Source: Actinomycetes bacterium
Lineage (GTDB): Bacteria; Actinomycetota; Coriobacteriia; Coriobacteriales; Eggerthellaceae
Reading direction: 5' to 3'
NCBI GenBank assembly: GCA_023394615.1
Contig: JAEXAI010000022.1
Span: forward strand, 24,175-88,174
DNA: 64,000 bases
This document shows positions 56,252 to 61,771 of the stretch, in pieces; position 1 is the stretch's first letter, and each line of letters begins with the position of its first letter. Both the position numbers and the translations under genes were made by a program. The notes beneath the pieces are model-generated. The model was not told the origin of the DNA and did not search any database. It was given only the letters and a program-made list of their open reading frames with translations.

Positions 56252-57175
56252 TTAGTTCAGGTTGTACTCGCGCAGCAGAGTCTGTCCGCCCACAGTGGAT
56301 GGTCGCAGCCCTTGCGATTCGCCAAGGAAAACCGTTGGGGTTGTCATGGCCAATCGCTCACCGCGCCGCATCTTGTAACGTGCGATGCGGATATGCGCAT
56401 TTTTAGCAGTATCTGCATTGATCTGGGTGAATCCGGAAATGACCGCGCGTATGCGCGCATGTTCTGAAATGCGCTCAAAATTCGCGCGGCAGATATCGAG
56501 AGCGTTTTGGCGGTCTTTGGCCACAGGGGCCTCGAACGCTGCTGGGCCGGGGATGAGCCCGTTCACGCAACCGATTGCAAGTATCCAATCGAAGGTCTCT
56601 TCGATGGAGTCATAGCATAAAATAGGAGTGATATCTCTGTTGGCGGGCAGCGTGGGGCAGCGAAGTTGCTGCCCTATGATTTCTGCCAACGTTGTTGCAT
56701 CCTCGTCGCCGCATATATGCTGTAGCGCACAGGCGAACTCGGACATGTGCCTCAAATCCAAGAGGCGTATGAGCGTGAAGGCTCGAGCTGTGCGGTATGT
56801 ATCGATGAAATGCTGCGCCTCGTGTTGCTCGATGCCCAGTTGGCTGCGCAACATGACGACGCCTTCATCGCCTTTGGCAGCTAAAGCAGCAAGCTTCGTG
56901 CAGGCTGTTTGTGCTTGTTGGTCAAAACGATTTGCAGCGATACAGGCAATGGTGTTTACGTTAGCCTGCATACAAGCTTTCTGCATTTGCCCAGCCCATG
57001 TTCTGTTCGGAGCGACGATGCATATATTCTTTGCCGCTGTGCCATGTTCGAGCAAGCCAGATACCAGTGCGGCCATGCCCAGCAGCTCTTCTGCCGGAGT
57101 CTTCCATTTCACGCACAGCATCTGTGTGCTCGCCTGGGGTTGCACCGTTGCTTGTTCTGTTGCCTGGTCGTTCAT
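56252..57175 (-). CDS. Hypothetical protein paralogous to the C-terminal (helicase 2A-like) half of the 50639-52525 product; no P-loop
   Basis: Blocks are shared with the 628-aa protein: NICIVAPNRTWAGQMQKA / DILIVGMNAVWRSNVARA, FDWILAIGCVNGLIPG / ADLVIFGGFVNGFIPS, and RIRAVISGFTQ / RKQIIFSGFTS. No clear Shine-Dalgarno sequence is present, so the start is uncertain. Confidence 0.5.
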   Translation of the reverse strand: MNDQATEQATVQPQASTQMLCVKWKTPAEELLGMAALVSGLLEHGTAAKNICIVAPNRTWAGQMQKACMQANVNTIACIAANRFDQQAQTACTKLAALAAKGDEGVVMLRSQLGIEQHEAQHFIDTYRTARAFTLIRLLDLRHMSEFACALQHICGDEDATTLAEIIGQQLRCPTLPANRDITPILCYDSIEETFDWILAIGCVNGLIPGPAAFEAPVAKDRQNALDICRANFERISEHARIRAVISGFTQINADTAKNAHIRIARYKMRRGERLAMTTPTVFLGESQGLRPSTVGGQTLLREYNLN

Positions 57176-57191
57176 CGTGTTATGCCAGTAG

Positions 57192-58109
57192 CTACGCGAC
57201 GAAAGTGCGTGTCGTCGAGTCGAAAATGCGCTTCGTGCCGTCGGCGAACGTCACTTCCCACAAGGAATAATCGACATCAAAATCGAAGCGCTCTTCCTCT
57301 TCTTCCTCTTCTGTTGCATCCTGCGCCTCATCGACGGGTGGCAGCGTGCTGGAATCGGTCGGGGCCACGGCGGTATTCTCGTAGCTTTTCGCTTCGGTGT
57401 CTTCTCTCATGCGCCGCTCGCGAGTTTCTTCATCTTCCGAGCCAATGGGCTTCACGCTCGTGTGCTTGCGTTGAGCGACTGATTCGCTTTGCGCGGAATC
57501 CTCCTCGTCGGCAAGCGATTCGGGTGTTGCGTTCGATTCGATTGCCTCAGGATGCTCTTTTACCCACTTTGTCCATGCATCTGCTCGCTGCTCTTCGAAA
57601 CTTGCTGCTGTGGGCATGTCCACGCGTATGGCGTCGGTAAGCGTGCCGTCATTCAAAAGATTACGGGCCACAGTCGCGTTTGCATGTGCGCTCGGGTCAA
57701 CGAGGCAAAGCGCATCTGGGTGGATGCCGATTATGAATTGGCTAGATTGCAGTTCCACATCCATACTGTCGAAAACCAGTTCAGGCAACCCGATGCTGCG
57801 CTGACGATCGTTGAAGACCTTCATATTGTTTCCCACGCGGCGAAACAGATTCGCCAGCCATGGGTCTATGATATCGGTCCATTTCTCGTCGGCGCCTTCG
57901 TCGGCAGACATGAGGAACCGGTAGGCTCCCATGTTTACCAGGCAACGCATGACGTTGCGCGCAGGTTCGTCCGACTGCGCGGCGTGCGTCCTTATCACGG
58001 GCGTGCCGATGTGCGCATAGTTGCGTTTCACTTCCAAGATAGTGTCCTCTTGTGCGCAGCGCTCGTCTAAGTCGAGCACCAGCGTCAGGGAAGGTCGAAG
58101 CATTGTCAT
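57192..58109 (-). CDS. Hypothetical protein (possible PD-(D/E)XK-like motif at the N-terminus; strongly acidic C-terminal region)
   Basis: This is the first gene of the six-gene operon. The ATG at 58109 follows a GGGGGA Shine-Dalgarno sequence (the ORF extends to 58166). LTLVLDLD-x10-EVK is present near the N-terminus, and the C-terminal stretch is ...DEAQDATEEEEEEERFDFDVDY. Confidence 0.5.
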   Translation of the reverse strand: MTMLRPSLTLVLDLDERCAQEDTILEVKRNYAHIGTPVIRTHAAQSDEPARNVMRCLVNMGAYRFLMSADEGADEKWTDIIDPWLANLFRRVGNNMKVFNDRQRSIGLPELVFDSMDVELQSSQFIIGIHPDALCLVDPSAHANATVARNLLNDGTLTDAIRVDMPTAASFEEQRADAWTKWVKEHPEAIESNATPESLADEEDSAQSESVAQRKHTSVKPIGSEDEETRERRMREDTEAKSYENTAVAPTDSSTLPPVDEAQDATEEEEEEERFDFDVDYSLWEVTFADGTKRIFDSTTRTFVA

Positions 58110-58265
58110 AGATCCCCCATTCGTCTTGCTTCTCATCCAACGAGGCGAGTATAGGAAACCTTTCATAAGTCAAATAATAGAGCCTCTATGATTTGGCGTA
58201 TGAATCGGGCAGTATGATAGGTCCTACATCAAGCATCTGGGCAGGTCACGCGCAGATGCTGATAA

Positions 58266-59492
58266 ATGAGCGAAACTATTGGGAAGAAGAAGGTAGCCGC
58301 CATGCCCAGCATTTCTAACATGATCGGACTCATCTCAAAACTTGACGGAGCGTACGTGACGGTGCATCAGGAACGTTGCGTGCTGGTGCGCAACCGCAAC
58401 AGCGATTGTCTGCGTTGCGCCCAAGTATGCACATCAGGATGCATCAGCTACGACAACGAGCAACTGACTATCGATCCGAGCAATTGCATCGGGTGCGGCA
58501 CGTGCGCCAGCAATTGTCCCACATGCGCGCTCGAGGCTCATTTTCCAAATGATGCCGAACTGATGGCACGCTGCACGAAAGCGGCACAAGCAGGAGAGCG
58601 CAAAGTGTGTATCGCATGCGGCAGTCTGCTGGATTGCGTGGGAGATGCATGCGATCCCGATGCCGTCGTGCGTGTGGAATGTCTGGGTCGTGTAGAAGAA
58701 TCCCTCCTGACGGCCCTTGCCTCAAACGGCGTATCCCAGGTGATACTGGTGCATGGCAGCTGTGGCGACTGTGATCATGCGACGGGACGGGAGATGGTTG
58801 AGCGCGTGATTGATACGCAGGAACAGTTGATGGATGCATGGAATTGCTCTATGACAGTGCGTTTAGCTGCGAAATTTCCTGCATATACACACGCTGCAGA
58901 AGACAAGAGGGGCAAACGCAAGCGCAATGATCTACAGCAAAGCGGCAATGAGGCACTTCGCATGGGTGCGACCACAGCCGAGTTTGCCGTATCAAACGCG
59001 CTCGGAAGCAACCAGCAAGATCAAAAGCGTGAACCCGTCGTCATGAAAGTGATGGAAGACGGCACCCTCCCGCATTTTCTGCCCGACCGGCGCGAGCGTT
59101 TGCTGGATGCATTGGCCGGGTTGGGGCAGCCGCAAGATGTGATGATTGATACTCGTTTGTGGGGCCACGTGATCATCGACACCGATACATGCTCATCATG
59201 TCTGATGTGTTCGACCTTCTGCCCGACCGGCGCGCTCAGCAGATTCAAGGAAGCAGATGGCACGTTTGGAGTAGAGCATTATCCGGGTGATTGCGTGAAA
59301 TGCCGTTGTTGCGAGAATATCTGTCCAGAGGGCGCCATCAGTATTTCCGAAGAGGTTTTTGCTGTGGACATGTTGGCCGGTATGGTGGAGCGCTATCCGA
59401 TGGCGCCCGTGGCTGTACAGCGTAGGGCTGCTCATACCATCTGGCATATGGCCGAAGATATGATGCTGACTGACCAGGTGTTTGAACGCTGA
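58266..59492 (+). CDS. Cytoplasmic multi-cluster 4Fe-4S ferredoxin-domain protein (polyferredoxin)
   Basis: No signal peptide is present. The N-terminal clusters are CLRCAQVCTSGC / CIGCGTCASNCP. A central Cys-rich segment reads CIACGSLLDC...CGDCDH. The C-terminal clusters are CSSCLMCSTFCP / CVKCRCCENICP. Confidence 0.75.
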   Translation: MSETIGKKKVAAMPSISNMIGLISKLDGAYVTVHQERCVLVRNRNSDCLRCAQVCTSGCISYDNEQLTIDPSNCIGCGTCASNCPTCALEAHFPNDAELMARCTKAAQAGERKVCIACGSLLDCVGDACDPDAVVRVECLGRVEESLLTALASNGVSQVILVHGSCGDCDHATGREMVERVIDTQEQLMDAWNCSMTVRLAAKFPAYTHAAEDKRGKRKRNDLQQSGNEALRMGATTAEFAVSNALGSNQQDQKREPVVMKVMEDGTLPHFLPDRRERLLDALAGLGQPQDVMIDTRLWGHVIIDTDTCSSCLMCSTFCPTGALSRFKEADGTFGVEHYPGDCVKCRCCENICPEGAISISEEVFAVDMLAGMVERYPMAPVAVQRRAAHTIWHMAEDMMLTDQVFER

Positions 59493-59519
59493 TAGACGCT
59501 CGCAGATCAAGCAGGTGCT

Positions 59520-59595
59520 CCAACCACAAGCGCCCACCCCAAGCGCCCAACCACAAGCGCCCAACCGCAAGCGCCCAACCGCAAGCGCCCAACTC
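59520..59595. repeat. 14-bp tandem repeat CCAACCRCAAGCGC, about 5.5 copies
   Basis: Units lie at 59520, 59534 (a 13-bp variant), 59547, 59561 and 59575, with a partial unit at 59589. An inverted partial copy (ggcgcagttggttgtgttgg) follows at about 59607-59626. The array sits between convergent genes. Confidence 0.85.
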
Positions 59596-59647
59596 TCAAT
59601 GGGTGGGCGCAGTTGGTTGTGTTGGATTCCCGCGCAACAGCTGTGGT

Positions 59648-61408
59648 CTAATCGTCTAATTCGACGCTTTCCACCAAATCGATCAGCTCGCTTTGCGAAT
59701 GCACATCCAATTTGCGGTAGATATGGCGCATGTGGGTGTTGGCCGTGCCTTCTGAAATGAAGAGGTTTTCCTGAATGGCGGTGGAACTGCGTCCTTTCGC
59801 CAACAAGAACAGCACTTCTGTCTCGCGCCGTGAAAGCAGATAGCGGTCAGCGATAACGGCGCACTTGCGTTTGAACCAACCGGTGCGTCGTATGGGCTCT
59901 TGGTCGTTTGCGGCTGCTGGGGGTTGGGCTTGGGCCATCATGGCGGCTTTTGCGTCAGATACGGGTTGCCTGTGGCCAGATGTGCCCATCTCCTTTGATG
60001 CCTGTCGGGCTGCATCTGTTTTTCCTCGTGCTGTACCACCGTCGGCGCTAGAGCGGTTCGCACTATGATTATCGACTGTGCCTGCAGATGGCGAAGGGTT
60101 TGCAGGAGCGGGCTCATCTGACATATCAAGTTCGTCAAGCGTTTCGCTGAGGCCCTTCGCAGATTCTCTGCTCTCGGTTTTTTCCTCCGTGTTTTCCAGC
60201 ACGTCGAGTCGATAGTCTTCGGGGGTCAACGGGGTGGGGGCGATGCTTCCTCGCTTCAGCACGCCGCGCATCTCGTGGTTGGTGGGCAAAAGCGCCACTC
60301 CCAGCGTGCAACATGCGAACATGATTGCGATGAACATGGCGGTGTTGGGGCGCGTGCCTGCAACAGGACCCAGATAAGCGGCACATTGGTAACCGATAAG
60401 CGTGCCTAGCGCCAGCGCGCATCGTCCGAAGCCGAACACGGTGAACGGGCTGATGCGGAAGCGCTCTGATATGTCGGAGTGCATAATCCACATACAGGTC
60501 TCGACGATAAGATACGTGGCAATCAGGCAGAACAGCGATGCCTCGGAGCCTTCGATGCCGGGAATCGCCAAGAATGCCACAAGCAGTGCCGCCACCGGCA
60601 TAAGCGTTCGGAACGCGAAGTTGTTCGCATGATGCTGCGTAATCAGGGCTCCTACCACGGCAAGGAATACAAAGGCGGCTGCTGCCAGTATCATCGGAGA
60701 GAGAGCCTCTAAAAACTCGCTGCCGTCCGGCAGCAGAACCGTGTAAGCGCGCAGCAGACCGATTGGGATGCCGAACACGAAACTGGGTGCGAAGATATGC
60801 AGGGCGAAAGGTGCCGAGCGCACGGGGATGGTAATGGATTTGAATTCCAGCTTGTCAACCAAGTTGGCAGAGCATTTTTTCAAGCAGACCAGCTGTAAAA
60901 ACGGCAAAGTCATGCACACGACGGTACCTGCGGGAGACCAAAACGAGTTCAACAGCATGATGCCGACGAAGAAGAGCGCCCCGAGCGGAATCGACACTGC
61001 AGTGCATATGGTTACCGTGGGCAGGTCGCATACGCTGAAGGACACGCCATAACTCATAAGCAGCACGGCTGCACCAAAGCCTATTAACGCACCCGCAACC
61101 GCGGTGATGACGAATGCTGCCTCGGATGCGCCGCTCACAAGCAGGCTCAGCAGCATCCCGCCAAACGCGCTTGTGGCAGCGATCATGCGATTCCTGCTGC
61201 GTTTTTTCGGCGTGGCGAAAAGCGCGCGCGTCGGCTCGATGAAAAGCGCATAGGGAAGCAGCGTCAAGATGAAGAACACGGTTGAAGACACGAGCAGGGT
61301 ATTGCTCTCAACGCTTACGGCAGGGAAGAACAAATGCGAGCTATTCATTCCCGCGCAGAACAGCCAGGCCCAATACAGGGCGAAGCCGATTATAAGACTG
61401 GCGGACAC
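59648..61408 (-). CDS. LuxR-family transcriptional regulator with a polytopic N-terminal membrane (sensor) domain
   Basis: The C-terminal HTH is LSRRETEVLFLLAKGRSSTAIQENLFISEGTANTHMRHIYRKLDV. The N-terminal ~380 aa are predicted to form about 10 TM helices, followed by a ~130-aa low-complexity linker. Confidence 0.85.
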   Translation of the reverse strand: MSASLIIGFALYWAWLFCAGMNSSHLFFPAVSVESNTLLVSSTVFFILTLLPYALFIEPTRALFATPKKRSRNRMIAATSAFGGMLLSLLVSGASEAAFVITAVAGALIGFGAAVLLMSYGVSFSVCDLPTVTICTAVSIPLGALFFVGIMLLNSFWSPAGTVVCMTLPFLQLVCLKKCSANLVDKLEFKSITIPVRSAPFALHIFAPSFVFGIPIGLLRAYTVLLPDGSEFLEALSPMILAAAAFVFLAVVGALITQHHANNFAFRTLMPVAALLVAFLAIPGIEGSEASLFCLIATYLIVETCMWIMHSDISERFRISPFTVFGFGRCALALGTLIGYQCAAYLGPVAGTRPNTAMFIAIMFACCTLGVALLPTNHEMRGVLKRGSIAPTPLTPEDYRLDVLENTEEKTESRESAKGLSETLDELDMSDEPAPANPSPSAGTVDNHSANRSSADGGTARGKTDAARQASKEMGTSGHRQPVSDAKAAMMAQAQPPAAANDQEPIRRTGWFKRKCAVIADRYLLSRRETEVLFLLAKGRSSTAIQENLFISEGTANTHMRHIYRKLDVHSQSELIDLVESVELDD

Positions 61409-61771
61409 TTTGCCTAGCGCATAGGATTTTTCTTCACGGTACTCGATGGTAATGTATGGCAGTTTCAGCAGTCGGCCCCCCTTGGCTCGTCCAGCGATAG
61501 GAATATATCATATTATGAGGTTTCACGTGCGCAAACAAGCGCGAATCATACGCTGGCTATGAACCCCTATCAGCTCTCATAAGCAAAATAATAAATCTGC
61601 TATGAAGGGTGCGAGGCGCCTCGTTCGTACAATTGCCCCACCGCGTTGGAGTGTCATGAAACCAGGGGGAACGGCTCAATCGGAGTCGGCTGGGACGAAG
61701 GACACATGCCTTATCGACGAGGACGAGACAGGTAGAGAGAACAGAGAGAAGAAGAGAAAGGTGGGGAATCT

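Noticed and set aside
50282-58265. Prophage, integrative element or known defence island interpretation of the accessory block.
   Set aside because: No integrase, recombinase, transposase, tRNA target, phage structural gene or recognisable named defence gene was seen. Only repeats mark one boundary, so I report it as an uncharacterised operon rather than a mobile element.
59520-59595. Possible CRISPR array (also considered for 50281-50342 and 4782-4902).
   Set aside because: The units are directly abutting with no spacers. They are 14, 31 or 15 bp long with few copies, one array is in-frame coding, and no cas genes are in the window.
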